Numbered from the stretch's first letter, positions 5,949-14,469 are shown. The stretch is 24,000 nt of DNA from Verrucomicrobiaceae bacterium (GCA_947471905.1 CANIZT010000015.1:1-24000); one strand, 5' to 3'. Notes: a model not told the origin generated them from the sequence alone. Numbers and translations: made by a program.

Positions 5949-8402
5949 ATGCGCCGCTCTTTGTGCCTCCTCCTTGCCTGCATCTACTGCCACAACGCAA
6001 CCGCCGTCGAAGTGCCGGAGAAACTCCGCCAGCATCCCCTGCCCGACGGCATTCAACTCAAGGATGCGCAGGGACATGACAACGGCGTGCGCTTTGTGGA
6101 CATCAATGGCGATGGCAATGAAGACCTGCTCGTATCGAATGCTCGCGAGTATGGCGTGTTTGTGTTTGTGCCGAAGGAGCGCGAGAAGAAGAACCTGCAA
6201 TGGAACGAAGGTTGGTCACAGGTGATGCGGGAGGGCAAGGCGGGTGATGCGAACAGCCTGCCACTCATCGTGGATGCCAGCGGTCGCGATCAAGGCGTCA
6301 CGTTTCACGATGGCGCCATGTGGATCGAGACGCCGAAGCACCGCATTCCGTTTTCCGAACTGCTGAAGGTCCCCGGCCCGGCACCGAAGTCGCCACAGGA
6401 TTCGCTCAAAGCATTGAAGCTGAAGCCTGGCTTTGAAGCGATGCTCGTGGCCCATGAGCCGCTGGTGCAGGATCCGGTCTTCATCGACTGGGATGCGCAA
6501 GGTCGCCTGTGGGTGGTGGAGATGGGTGATTATCCTTTCGCCCCCGGCGAAAAGACGAAGGATGGCGGCATGGGACAGGACAAGGTGTCCGATCTGCAAA
6601 CGGGACGCGTCAAAATCCTCACCGACACGAATGGCGACGGCGTTTACGACAAGGCGTCGCTCTTTCTCGATGGCCTCAAGCATCCCACGGGGCTCTCCTT
6701 TTGGAAGAATGGCGTCTTCATCGCGAACATCCCGGACATCTTTTTCGCTGAGGACACGGATGGCGATGGCAAGTGCGACAAGCGCGAGACGTGGTTCACC
6801 GGCTTCACGGCGGGTAATCCACAGCATCTCGTGAATGGATTCTGTTGGGGACTCGACGGCTGGCTCTATGGCGCCAACGGTGACAGCGGCGGCGACATCA
6901 CCTGCGCGAAGACAGGCAAGAAAGTCGCACTCGGCACGAATGACTTCCGCTTTGATCCGCGCACGGGCGAGTTCGCGCTCGAAGGCGGGCGCAGCCAGTA
7001 TGGCAAGTGGCGCGACGACTACGGCAACTGGTTCGGCAACAACAACAGCACCATCGGCTGGCACTACTGGCTGCCCTTTCGCTACTTGGAACGTCATCCT
7101 GAAGTCGTGGCGAAATCGGTGCGTGGCAATCTGAACGACGAGAAGCAGCTCTTCACCGCCAGCCCGCCAGTGCGGCGCTTCAACTGGGCCAGCGCGGTGA
7201 ACACGCTCACCTCCGGCTGTTCACCGATGCCGTTTCGTGACACGACCTTCGGCGCGGATGGCGACAACGTGATGTTCATCTGCGAACCGGCGAACAACGT
7301 CGTGCATCGCGAGGTATTGAGCTACGAGGGCGCTTCGATCACCAGCCAACGTCATCCAGACGACGTGGAAAGTGAGTTCATCGCCAGCGAGGACAACTGG
7401 TTTCGACCCAGCATGGCCCGCACCGGCCCGGATGGGGCGCTTTACGTCGTGGATATGTACCGCCTCGTTCTGGAGCACCCGGAATGGATTCCGGCGGAGA
7501 TCGCAAAGGGACTCGATCTGCGTGGTGGCGAGGATCGCGGGCGAATTTACCGCATTGGGCGGACCGGACCGCCTGAAGGCGGAACTACAGTACAAAATCC
7601 AATCGCCGCGATGGCTTCATCGAATGGATGGAAGCGAGACACGGCACAGCGGCTGTTGCTTGAACGTGGTGATGCCTCTGTCATTCCCGAATTGAAGAAG
7701 CTGCTCACCGCCGCGCCTGCGGTCAAAATCCAGTCGGCGTTCACCATCATGCAGCTCGGCGGCATGACGCCGGATGAATTGCTCGCCTCGATCAAAACCC
7801 ACGCTCCTCAGGTTCGCGCTGCCCCCCTCACTGCCACCGGCAGCACGAGTGACGATGTCTTCATCGACCTGGAGAAGCCTCTGCTCAAGCAAGCACCATC
7901 AAAAGCTCCCGCCATCGCCGCAATGCCCGTGATCACGAACAACAATCCCAACCGGCAGAAAGTCGTCACCCAATTCGTAGCCAATGCTGGCAAACTCGAA
8001 GGCGATGCGAAACGCGGCGCGGCTGTGTTTCAAAAGGTCTGCATGATCTGCCACAAGGTCGGCCAGCTCGGTGTCGAAGTCGGACCGGATCTGAAGACCG
8101 TGGCTACCAAGCCACGCGAGCAGCTCATCGAAGCCATCTTTGATCCGAATCGTGCTGTGGAGCAGCGCAACGCGGCCACGCAGGTGACGAAGAAGGACAA
8201 GACGCTGGTCGTCGGTCAGCTTGCGTCTGAAACGCCGGGTAATCTCACGATCCGCCTGCCCGGCGGTGCCGAGATCGTCGTTTTGCGCTCGGACATTCAA
8301 GAAATAAAAACGCTGACGACTTCGATCATGCCCGAAGGCCTCGAAAGCGTGCTCACGGCACAGGATGTGTCCGACGTTCTGACTTTTATCGGTAGCAAGT
8401 GA
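5949..8402 (+). CDS. PVC-type membrane-bound-dehydrogenase-domain / heme-binding (CxxCH) protein
   Basis: ORF 5940..8402. The track start is TTG; ATG 5949 gives the signal peptide MRRSLCLLLACIYCHNATA. N-terminal FG-GAP-like DINGDGNEDLL. Then LKPGFEAMLVAHEPLVQDPVFIDWDAQGRLWVVEMGDYP and YGANGDSGG, typical of the Pirellula/Verrucomicrobium 'membrane-bound dehydrogenase' domain. C-terminal cytochrome c motif CMICH at nt 8040-8054, followed by GPDL and MPEGL. Confidence 0.85.
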   Translation: MRRSLCLLLACIYCHNATAVEVPEKLRQHPLPDGIQLKDAQGHDNGVRFVDINGDGNEDLLVSNAREYGVFVFVPKEREKKNLQWNEGWSQVMREGKAGDANSLPLIVDASGRDQGVTFHDGAMWIETPKHRIPFSELLKVPGPAPKSPQDSLKALKLKPGFEAMLVAHEPLVQDPVFIDWDAQGRLWVVEMGDYPFAPGEKTKDGGMGQDKVSDLQTGRVKILTDTNGDGVYDKASLFLDGLKHPTGLSFWKNGVFIANIPDIFFAEDTDGDGKCDKRETWFTGFTAGNPQHLVNGFCWGLDGWLYGANGDSGGDITCAKTGKKVALGTNDFRFDPRTGEFALEGGRSQYGKWRDDYGNWFGNNNSTIGWHYWLPFRYLERHPEVVAKSVRGNLNDEKQLFTASPPVRRFNWASAVNTLTSGCSPMPFRDTTFGADGDNVMFICEPANNVVHREVLSYEGASITSQRHPDDVESEFIASEDNWFRPSMARTGPDGALYVVDMYRLVLEHPEWIPAEIAKGLDLRGGEDRGRIYRIGRTGPPEGGTTVQNPIAAMASSNGWKRDTAQRLLLERGDASVIPELKKLLTAAPAVKIQSAFTIMQLGGMTPDELLASIKTHAPQVRAAPLTATGSTSDDVFIDLEKPLLKQAPSKAPAIAAMPVITNNNPNRQKVVTQFVANAGKLEGDAKRGAAVFQKVCMICHKVGQLGVEVGPDLKTVATKPREQLIEAIFDPNRAVEQRNAATQVTKKDKTLVVGQLASETPGNLTIRLPGGAEIVVLRSDIQEIKTLTTSIMPEGLESVLTAQDVSDVLTFIGSK

Positions 8403-8408
8403 AGTTGA

Positions 8409-9629
8409 TCAATTCACATCGCGCCAAAGCCAACGCAATGCATCAGGCAGACTCGGAGCCATGCCCTTGCTGCCGTGGAAGCACTGGGTCCAGTCGATGC
8501 GGAAGTCGTAGTTCATGTATTTGAGCGACGCGGCCATCATCTTGTTCGCAAGCGGCCAGTTGCCGAACTTGTTGTCGAGATCGTTTTCACCATCGAGCAG
8601 ATAGACGCGGATGGGTTTGCGCTCGGTGATGCGCACGAGGTAGGGATAGTGGTTGCCGCCGCGGATATCGACGAAGGTGCCGACCCAGCAGAGCACTTTG
8701 TGGAATTTGTCCGGACGCTCCCAGGCGACGGTGAAGGAGCAGATGCCGCCGGAGGAACCACCGGCGATGGCCCAGGCCTCAGGCTGCGGGCGGAACTTCG
8801 TTTGATAGCGTTTTTCGACCTCGGGCAGGATTTCGTCGATGAGGAAGCGGGCGTAGGCATCACCGAGGGAGTCGTATTCGAGGCTGCGGTTCCCCGCTTT
8901 GTCACCGGGCTTTTGCTTGGGCTTGCGACCTGGATCGATGAAGACGCCGACGGTGCGTGGCATTTCCTTTTTGTGGATCAGATTATCGAAAACAACGGAA
9001 GCGCGCATGGGGCCATTCGGATCGACATGGCGTGTGCCGTCCTGCCAAACCATGAGGCAGGTTTCCTCGCCGGGTTTGAAGCCTGCAGGCAGATAAACCG
9101 TGACATCGCGTAGGGTGTCAGGAAAGACTTTGCTCGTGTTCCACTCAAACTTCTCCAGTTTGCCCTGCGGCACGCCTTGCTGCGGTTGGCTGTCGGCGGT
9201 GTAGTCAAAATGCTCGATGTGCACGGTGCCAGCGACGCGCGGCATGCCTTCGGATTCGATGCGGTAGCCGACTTCGGTGAAGTTAGGCATTTCTGTGACG
9301 AGCACCTGCAAGCCATCTTCTCCAAGCGCGATCATTTCGCCAATGAGAGTGCCGTCCTGCTGCACGACGCGGGCAGGCTTGGTGTCGATCGTGGCCCAAG
9401 CAACGGTGGTAGCCTCGATCTTGGCCCCCGCCTTGCCCTGAGTGAGATTGTTGAGGCCAAAGAGGCGCAGCACCTTGTCATGCAAGGCGTTCTGGTCTTG
9501 CGGCAAGGATGCCGTCTTCAGGGCGGCATCAAGCAGGCGCGGCGTGAGAAGCGGCTGCGAGCCAGGTTTGTTCTGGGCCTGGCTGAGACTGACAGCGAAA
9601 AGAAAAAACGGAAGGATGATGGCACGCAT
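8409..9629 (-). CDS. Secreted alpha/beta-hydrolase, 'putative esterase' (esterase D / enterochelin-esterase-like, CE1-like) family
   Basis: ORF 8409..9758(-). The start is refined to ATG 9629 (signal peptide MRAIILPFFLFAVSLSQAQ), which also removes the overlap with the upstream gene. Catalytic region: WAIAGGSSGGICSFTVAWERPDKFHKVLCWVGTF (GxSxG-type nucleophile elbow), VYLLDGENDLDN, CFHGSKG. The ~190-aa N-terminal domain is unassigned. Confidence 0.75.
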   Translation of the reverse strand: MRAIILPFFLFAVSLSQAQNKPGSQPLLTPRLLDAALKTASLPQDQNALHDKVLRLFGLNNLTQGKAGAKIEATTVAWATIDTKPARVVQQDGTLIGEMIALGEDGLQVLVTEMPNFTEVGYRIESEGMPRVAGTVHIEHFDYTADSQPQQGVPQGKLEKFEWNTSKVFPDTLRDVTVYLPAGFKPGEETCLMVWQDGTRHVDPNGPMRASVVFDNLIHKKEMPRTVGVFIDPGRKPKQKPGDKAGNRSLEYDSLGDAYARFLIDEILPEVEKRYQTKFRPQPEAWAIAGGSSGGICSFTVAWERPDKFHKVLCWVGTFVDIRGGNHYPYLVRITERKPIRVYLLDGENDLDNKFGNWPLANKMMAASLKYMNYDFRIDWTQCFHGSKGMAPSLPDALRWLWRDVN

Positions 9630-9693
9630 GAGTGCGTTTTCTAACGGCGCATGCGTAGCGGAATATCGCCCGATTTCCCTGTGATGCCGATTT

Positions 9694-10407
9694 TTAGAGC
9701 GAGGCCGTGACTGGAAGGTTGGCGGCAGGCAGTCCGGCGGTACGTAGGCGAGCCTCAATACCCTCCATCATGGAGCGAACATGTTTCCATTTGGTGCGGT
9801 CTCGCATGAGTTGCATGCTGCGCTCATAGGAGCCCCATTGAATAACCTCGATGTCCACATGGCGCACACCCCAGTCATCCATCATGGATTTACTGGGCTT
9901 GTAGAGATCAATAGTTCCGGTGCCAACAAGTGCACTACCGTAGTCATCCACTTCGTAAACCACATTGGGCTGCCCAGCGATACGGAACTTAGTGCCGACT
10001 GGGAAACGCGACCAGTCAGCGGCGGCGCTACGCACATTTCCAAACTTCAAATTGGTGCCGATGGCGTTCTTCACACCATAGACAAGGTGGTCGCTTTCAT
10101 TGTGCGTGTATGCCGTGGTTCGCACATGCATCTGAGAATTGCGATGCGAATTTGAGGCAACCATCAGCGGCGGTCTAGGAGTTTGGAACACAAAAGTGTA
10201 GCCTTTGATCTGACTGGGGCGGAAGGGAATGTTCTTTGCGAGAGCTTTACGCACTTCGTACTGCTTACCTGTTTCGAGGGGAGTAGCTTTTTTCAGACGC
10301 ATTTCCTTCCAGTAGCTAAGCAATGGCTGATTAGGCAAAGCACAGGAAGAAAGAGCGGCAGCTAGGGCGACTGATAGGCCAGTGGTCGTCAAACGTGAGT
10401 TGTACAT
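9694..10407 (-). CDS. 3D-domain (MltA-like) lipoprotein, probable peptidoglycan-binding or lytic protein
   Basis: Lipoprotein signal MYNSRLTTTGLSVALAAALSSC (lipobox LSSC). 3D-domain pattern: VRTTAYTHNESDH, AADWSRFPVGTKFRI, YEVDDYGSALVGTGTIDLY. GC is visibly lower than in the flanking genes. Confidence 0.78.
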   Translation of the reverse strand: MYNSRLTTTGLSVALAAALSSCALPNQPLLSYWKEMRLKKATPLETGKQYEVRKALAKNIPFRPSQIKGYTFVFQTPRPPLMVASNSHRNSQMHVRTTAYTHNESDHLVYGVKNAIGTNLKFGNVRSAAADWSRFPVGTKFRIAGQPNVVYEVDDYGSALVGTGTIDLYKPSKSMMDDWGVRHVDIEVIQWGSYERSMQLMRDRTKWKHVRSMMEGIEARLRTAGLPAANLPVTASL

Positions 10408-10434
10408 GGCTGGATATTTTTTGGAATTATGAAA

Positions 10435-10463
10435 ATAATACCGTAATTTTCATATATCCTCAA
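10435..10463 (-). promoter_or_regulatory. Candidate sigma70-type promoter TTGAGG-N17-TATTAT for the 3D-domain lipoprotein gene
   Basis: Minus strand: TTGAGG (10463..10458), the 17-nt spacer ATATATGAAAATTACGG, then TATTAT (10440..10435), about 28 nt upstream of ATG 10407. It is embedded in a very AT-rich stretch. Confidence 0.4.
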
Positions 10464-10486
10464 TATTTTTGTCGTAATTTCGATAT
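10442..10486. repeat. Imperfect direct repeat CGTAATTT(T)C(A/G)ATAT, two copies 31 bp apart
   Basis: cgtaattttcatat at 10442-10455 and cgtaatttcgatat at 10473-10486. The first copy lies in the spacer of the candidate promoter. Confidence 0.6.
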
Positions 10487-10587
10487 CTTTAGTGTTTAAT
10501 AGACATTAACTAGCTCCACCAAGAGAACACCAAAGAAATCTGTCTGCCAGCTTGGCAAAAAGAGCCTATTTGACCAGAGCGTACTTT

Positions 10588-11946
10588 CTATTGCCCCTGC
10601 TCTTCCCAGAGCTTCCGCCAGTGATCTAGACGCTCTTTAATTCGGCCTTCGAGGCCGTTGGAGGTCGGGTCGTAATACTGTTTGCCGCCTTCCAGGCAGC
10701 GCTGAGGCACGAAACCTCCCTCGTAATTGTGCGGGTAGAGATAGCCTTCCCCGTGGCCAAATTCTTTGGCCGCTTTTTTGTGATGCCCATCCCGCAGATG
10801 TTTTGGCACCGGCAGGGTGCGGCCGTTTTTGACATCCTCGAGCGCTGCGTCGATGGCCGTGTAGGCGCGATTGCTCTTGGGCGCGGTGGCATTGTAAATC
10901 ACCGCGTGGGCTAGAATGATGCGAGCTTCAGGCATACCGATGAATTCGACTGCCTGCTGCGCCGCTACAGCCACGCGCAGCGCATTGCTATCGGCCATGC
11001 CAATGTCTTCACTGGCGGCGATGACAATGCGGCGCGCGATGAAACGTATGTCCTCCCCCGCATAAAGCATTTTTGCCAGCCAGTAGAGTGCTGCGTCAGG
11101 ATCCGAAGCTCGCATGCTTTTGATGAAGGCGCTGATCGTGTCGTAGTGCGCATCGCCGTCGCCGTCATAAACAACGGTCTTCTGCTGCACGGATTCCTCA
11201 GCAGCAGCCAAGGTGATGACGATTTCTCCCGCTTCATCCGGTTGCGTAGAGAGCACGGCGAGTTCCAACGCATTTAGACAGCGTCTGGCATCGCCATCGG
11301 CCACGGTGGCGAGGTGATGACGCGCATCGGGCTCAATTCGTGCCTTCATGCTGCCCAGCCCAAGCTCCACATCATTCAAAGCGCGATTCATGAGCGATTC
11401 GAGGTCTGCGATGCCCAGCGGTTCCAGCGTGAAGACCTGCGAACGGCTTACCAGCGGACTGTTGACGTAAAAGAACGGATTGTGCGTCGTCGCCCCGATG
11501 AAACGGAGTGTGCCACGCTCCAAATGCGGCAGCAGCACATCCTGCTGGGCTTTGTTGAAGCGGTGGATCTCGTCCACAAAGAGGATCGTCGTTTTGTTGT
11601 AGAGCCGCAGGTGGTGCCCGGCATTTTCCGCTTCTTTGCGAATGTCCGCCACGCTGCTCTCCACGCCGCTGAGCGTCACGAAGCGAGATTTCGTCTCCTG
11701 CGAGATGATATGGGCCAGCGTCGTCTTGCCCACGCCCGGTGGGCCATAGAGAATGAGTGAAGAAAAGCGATCCGCCTGCACCGCACGCCGCAGCAATTTG
11801 CCCTCCGCCAAAATGTGCTGCTGCCCGGCATACTCCTCAAGTGTGCGCGGTCGCATGCGCGAAGCCAGTGGAGCGCCCGCATGATGCATGGCCGCAGCGG
11901 CACGGGGGGCCTCTGGCAGTGGTGGGGCAAAAAAATCGTCGCTCAT
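10588..11946 (-). CDS. rarA: Replication-associated recombination protein A (AAA+ ATPase RarA/MgsA)
   Basis: 452 aa. [20 protein letters not shown], Walker [19 protein letters not shown], Walker [58 protein letters not shown], and the HLRD..K..GYG.GY.YPH tail. Collinear with E. coli RarA from memory. Confidence 0.93.
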   Translation of the reverse strand: MSDDFFAPPLPEAPRAAAAMHHAGAPLASRMRPRTLEEYAGQQHILAEGKLLRRAVQADRFSSLILYGPPGVGKTTLAHIISQETKSRFVTLSGVESSVADIRKEAENAGHHLRLYNKTTILFVDEIHRFNKAQQDVLLPHLERGTLRFIGATTHNPFFYVNSPLVSRSQVFTLEPLGIADLESLMNRALNDVELGLGSMKARIEPDARHHLATVADGDARRCLNALELAVLSTQPDEAGEIVITLAAAEESVQQKTVVYDGDGDAHYDTISAFIKSMRASDPDAALYWLAKMLYAGEDIRFIARRIVIAASEDIGMADSNALRVAVAAQQAVEFIGMPEARIILAHAVIYNATAPKSNRAYTAIDAALEDVKNGRTLPVPKHLRDGHHKKAAKEFGHGEGYLYPHNYEGGFVPQRCLEGGKQYYDPTSNGLEGRIKERLDHWRKLWEEQGQ

Positions 11947-11986
11947 GCTCTAGGGAGCCGATGAATGACGCGGAATCGCCTCGGCA

Positions 11987-12002
11987 GCAAATCGCAGTTT
12001 GC
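11987..12002. promoter_or_regulatory. Inverted repeat GCAAA-N6-TTTGC in the rarA / Rrf2 divergent spacer (candidate operator)
   Basis: gcaaatcgcagtttgc at 11987-12002, 45 bp upstream of the Rrf2 ATG. The flanking GCAG...CTGC extends it imperfectly. Short, so chance is not excluded. Confidence 0.25.
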
Positions 12003-12046
12003 ACCTGCGCTCGTTTGATGTTCCGATAGCACACCGTCCCTGTCTC

Positions 12047-12454
12047 ATGAAGCTCTCTAAAAAAGCCGAATACGCCCTTCGCGCCCTCGTGGCGATGGGA
12101 CGTGAGCGCGAGGGAACGAACTTCTCTATTCAGGATCTCGCTCGCAACGAGCGTATTCCGTTGAAGTTTCTCGAGCAAATCCTGCTCGCCCTCAAAAACG
12201 GTGGCCTGCTGCGCAGCAAGCGCGGCGTCGGCGGCGGCTACCAGCTCGTGACCCATCCAGCCCGCATCACTATTGGCGAGGTCGTCACACTGTTTGATGG
12301 TCCCTTCGATCCGATTCCTGGGGCAGATCAGGATGCGCTGGGCCAAATCTTTATCGGATTACGTGATCAGGTCGCGCAATGGTTCGCCGAGCACAACGTG
12401 GCGCAGATCATCGAGAAGGAGCGCTCGCGCGAAACGGTCTCGTTTGAGATCTGA
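12047..12454 (+). CDS. Rrf2-family transcriptional regulator (no cysteines, so not an Fe-S IscR/NsrR type)
   Basis: ORF 12001-frame track start is TTG (11999). ATG 12047 gives the canonical Rrf2 N-terminus MKLSKKAEYALRALVAM, then a wHTH (SIQDLARNERIPLKFLEQILLALKNGGLLRSKRGVGGGYQL). The 135-aa sequence contains no Cys. Confidence 0.85.
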   Translation: MKLSKKAEYALRALVAMGREREGTNFSIQDLARNERIPLKFLEQILLALKNGGLLRSKRGVGGGYQLVTHPARITIGEVVTLFDGPFDPIPGADQDALGQIFIGLRDQVAQWFAEHNVAQIIEKERSRETVSFEI

Positions 12455-13762
12455 TTACTTGCCGAATAACCACAGGGCCAGGATCAGCGTCCAAACGATG
12501 TTAAAGACCTGCCCCCCGAGGAAGGCGATGGCAGGACGACCGCCACCGAGTTTGAACAGCTCGCCCAACCGTGTCTCCAGACCAATGCAGACGAAAGCCG
12601 CCGCGAACCACACCTCACGCAGGCCTTTGAGCGGCTTGCTAGCGGCTTCCGCGATGGATGGCGTCACAATATAAGAAAACACAACCGACGCGATCACGAA
12701 GCCGATCACGAACTTCGGAAAACGCTCCCAGATAACACCGATGGTCGGCTTCTGCCCCTTGGTTGCACCATCCTTGCCACCGCGCATTGTCCACCACACA
12801 GACAGCAAGAACGCCGCCACACCGATAAGCACATTTTGTGAGAGTTTGACGATCACACCAATCTTCGTGGCGTCTTTGCCCACCTGCTCAGTCGCTGCCG
12901 CCACGGAACCACTCGTATCGAGTGTGCCGCCGATCCACGCACCACCCACCGCCTCAGACAAGCCCATCGATTTGATCGCCCATGGCATCAAAATCATCAT
13001 TGGCACTGCGCACAGCAGCACGATGGAAGTCACATACGACAGCTTCTTGCGGTCGCCTTGAATCGCCCCGCAGGCCGCGATGGCTGCGGACACACCGCAG
13101 ATCGACACCGCCGTCGAAAGCATCACGCCGAACTCGTCATCCACCTTCAGTTTCTTGGCGAAAAAGAAACACGCATACCACACCACCGGAATGACTAATG
13201 CTGCTTGAATCAGGCCAGGCATTCCCGCCTTCATCATCTCCGGCAGCAGAATCGTCGCACCGAGCAGCACGATACCGACCTTGATGAAAAACTCTGTGCG
13301 CACCGCCTCGCGCAGCCACTCCGGCACCGGCAGCGTGTGACTCCACAGCATGCCCAATCCGAGCGCAAAGACGACATACTCGAGTCCCCAAGCCTTGATG
13401 CCTGCATGATTGGCGATCCATTGCGAAAGCCATCCCAGCACAAACACCACGACGGCTCCACCAACGAACGAAACAACCCGCTTCCCAAGCGATGCGCCCA
13501 AAGCGAGCACCGAAATGCCAAGGAACAAGGCCAGCAGCACACCGCTGAGCGCGAGATTGTCGGCTGAAAATGCCTTCGCTGCATCCGCTGCTCCCGTCCA
13601 ACCCAACGTGGGCATCTTCGGGCTCCAACCCTTCGCCACCGCGATCAAAATCGGCAACGCAGCCAAAACCGCGAGCCAGTCTTCGTTTTGCCACCAACGA
13701 GCGGCGGAGGGTCCAGGAGAGGGATAAGCGGAGTCGGAAGCGGCGGCGTTGTTGGCAGACAT
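12455..13762 (-). CDS. YeiH/UPF0324-family membrane protein (putative sulfate-exporter-family transporter)
   Basis: 435 aa and polytopic (10 or more hydrophobic segments). Contains VSICGVSAAIAACGAI, resembling the conserved SICG(A/V)SA motif of YeiH-type proteins. ATG at 13762 (MSANNAAAS). The N-terminal ~45 aa extension makes the start uncertain. Confidence 0.72.
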   Translation of the reverse strand: MSANNAAASDSAYPSPGPSAARWWQNEDWLAVLAALPILIAVAKGWSPKMPTLGWTGAADAAKAFSADNLALSGVLLALFLGISVLALGASLGKRVVSFVGGAVVVFVLGWLSQWIANHAGIKAWGLEYVVFALGLGMLWSHTLPVPEWLREAVRTEFFIKVGIVLLGATILLPEMMKAGMPGLIQAALVIPVVWYACFFFAKKLKVDDEFGVMLSTAVSICGVSAAIAACGAIQGDRKKLSYVTSIVLLCAVPMMILMPWAIKSMGLSEAVGGAWIGGTLDTSGSVAAATEQVGKDATKIGVIVKLSQNVLIGVAAFLLSVWWTMRGGKDGATKGQKPTIGVIWERFPKFVIGFVIASVVFSYIVTPSIAEAASKPLKGLREVWFAAAFVCIGLETRLGELFKLGGGRPAIAFLGGQVFNIVWTLILALWLFGK

Positions 13763-13771
13763 GATGAGTGT

Positions 13772-13803
13772 AAAAAAATCGCGACGGTGAAACCGCCGCG
13801 ATT
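13772..13803 (-). terminator. Rho-independent terminator downstream of the glycine-zipper lipoprotein gene
   Basis: Minus strand: AATCGCGGCGG-TTTCA-CCGTCGCGATT followed by TTTTT, giving a run of 7 T in total. GC-rich stem of 9-11 bp with one mismatch and a 5-nt loop. It lies 25 nt after the stop at 13828 and 9 nt before ATG 13762. Confidence 0.6.
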
Positions 13804-13827
13804 CAAACGCCTGTTATGCCACACTTT

Positions 13828-14337
13828 TTACTGCCAGTTGCCGAACGCATAAGGATTGTTGTTCGACTGCTGGCTGTAGCCGCCCTGCTGGCCATAGCCA
13901 TAGTTCGAATTGTAGCCGTTCTGCTGCCCGTATCCGTAGCCTTGCTGATAGTTCGGCTGGCTGTAGCCCTGTGAATAGCCTTGATTGCCGTATCCGGAGT
14001 TGTAATTCGATTGGCTGTATTGCGGTGGTCTGCGGCTGCCTTGAAACGCATTACCCGCCAGTGCGCCAAGAATACCGCCGATGGCCGCACCTTGAAGTCC
14101 ATGATGGTTTTGATTGCCAATGATACCGCCCGCTGCCGCACCGAGCATGGCTCCAACCACCGTTCCCTGCGCACCACGCTGCTGCCCGCCGTAACCACCG
14201 TACCCGCTATTGCTGTAGCCGCTGTTGCCATAGCCGGGACCGCCATATCCGTAACCGTAGGGATCAGCGCAGGAGGTCAGAGAGAAAGTCAGCAGCAAAG
14301 TTCCAAAGGTCAGTGTGCGAACGAGAGATGTTTTCAT
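13828..14337 (-). CDS. Glycine-zipper (YMGG / 17-kDa-antigen-like) lipoprotein with G/Y/Q/N/S-rich low-complexity flanks
   Basis: ORF 13828..14418(-), start refined to ATG 14337. Signal plus lipobox: MKTSLVRTLTFGTLLLTFSLTSC. Core GTVVGAMLGAAAGGIIGN...GAAIGGILGALAGNAF (GxxxG zipper). The flanks consist of GYG/SGY/NYG/QGY repeats, with about 7 Tyr N-terminal and about 13 Tyr C-terminal of the core. Confidence 0.75.
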   Translation of the reverse strand: MKTSLVRTLTFGTLLLTFSLTSCADPYGYGYGGPGYGNSGYSNSGYGGYGGQQRGAQGTVVGAMLGAAAGGIIGNQNHHGLQGAAIGGILGALAGNAFQGSRRPPQYSQSNYNSGYGNQGYSQGYSQPNYQQGYGYGQQNGYNSNYGYGQQGGYSQQSNNNPYAFGNWQ

Positions 14338-14469
14338 GGAGTAGTGATGTTTATCTTGTCCTGCACTCTGACGCCGCCGCTTGCAGGCTATTCGATTCTT
14401 TTTCACAGCGCGGCTCAAACCATCCCCGCAGTTGCAAAACCACCCTGCCTGCGTTGGGATGTGCCCACC

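Noticed and set aside
5933-5949. Minus-strand TGGCAG-N5-CGCGG upstream of the TTCAY array, resembling a sigma54 -24/-12 promoter.
   Set aside because: The GC dinucleotide is displaced by one position relative to TGGCAC-N5-TTGC, and the -12 TTGC is absent. No enhancer-binding-protein gene is nearby.
8399-8417. Near-palindrome GTGAAGTTGA/TCAATTCAC spanning both stop codons of the convergent dehydrogenase/esterase pair. It contains GTGAA and TTCAC (cre-tag half-site sequences).
   Set aside because: The half-sites are inverted rather than direct, and are not at the 11-bp cre-tag spacing. The symmetry is partly forced by the opposed TGA/TCA stops. The stem is AT-rich with a bulge and no loop.
9694-10407. 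Lower GC of the 3D-domain gene, and of 18550..19140 and 22489..23343, considered as evidence for horizontally acquired islands.
   Set aside because: There are no flanking direct repeats, tRNA genes, integrases or transposases. The differences are modest and judged only by eye. A genome-wide GC/codon analysis would be needed.
10545-10557. Short hairpin TGCCA-GCT-TGGCA 30 bp downstream of the rarA stop, considered as the rarA terminator.
   Set aside because: It has only a 5-bp stem and an interrupted T-rich tail (GACAGATTTCTTTGG), which is not convincing as an intrinsic terminator.
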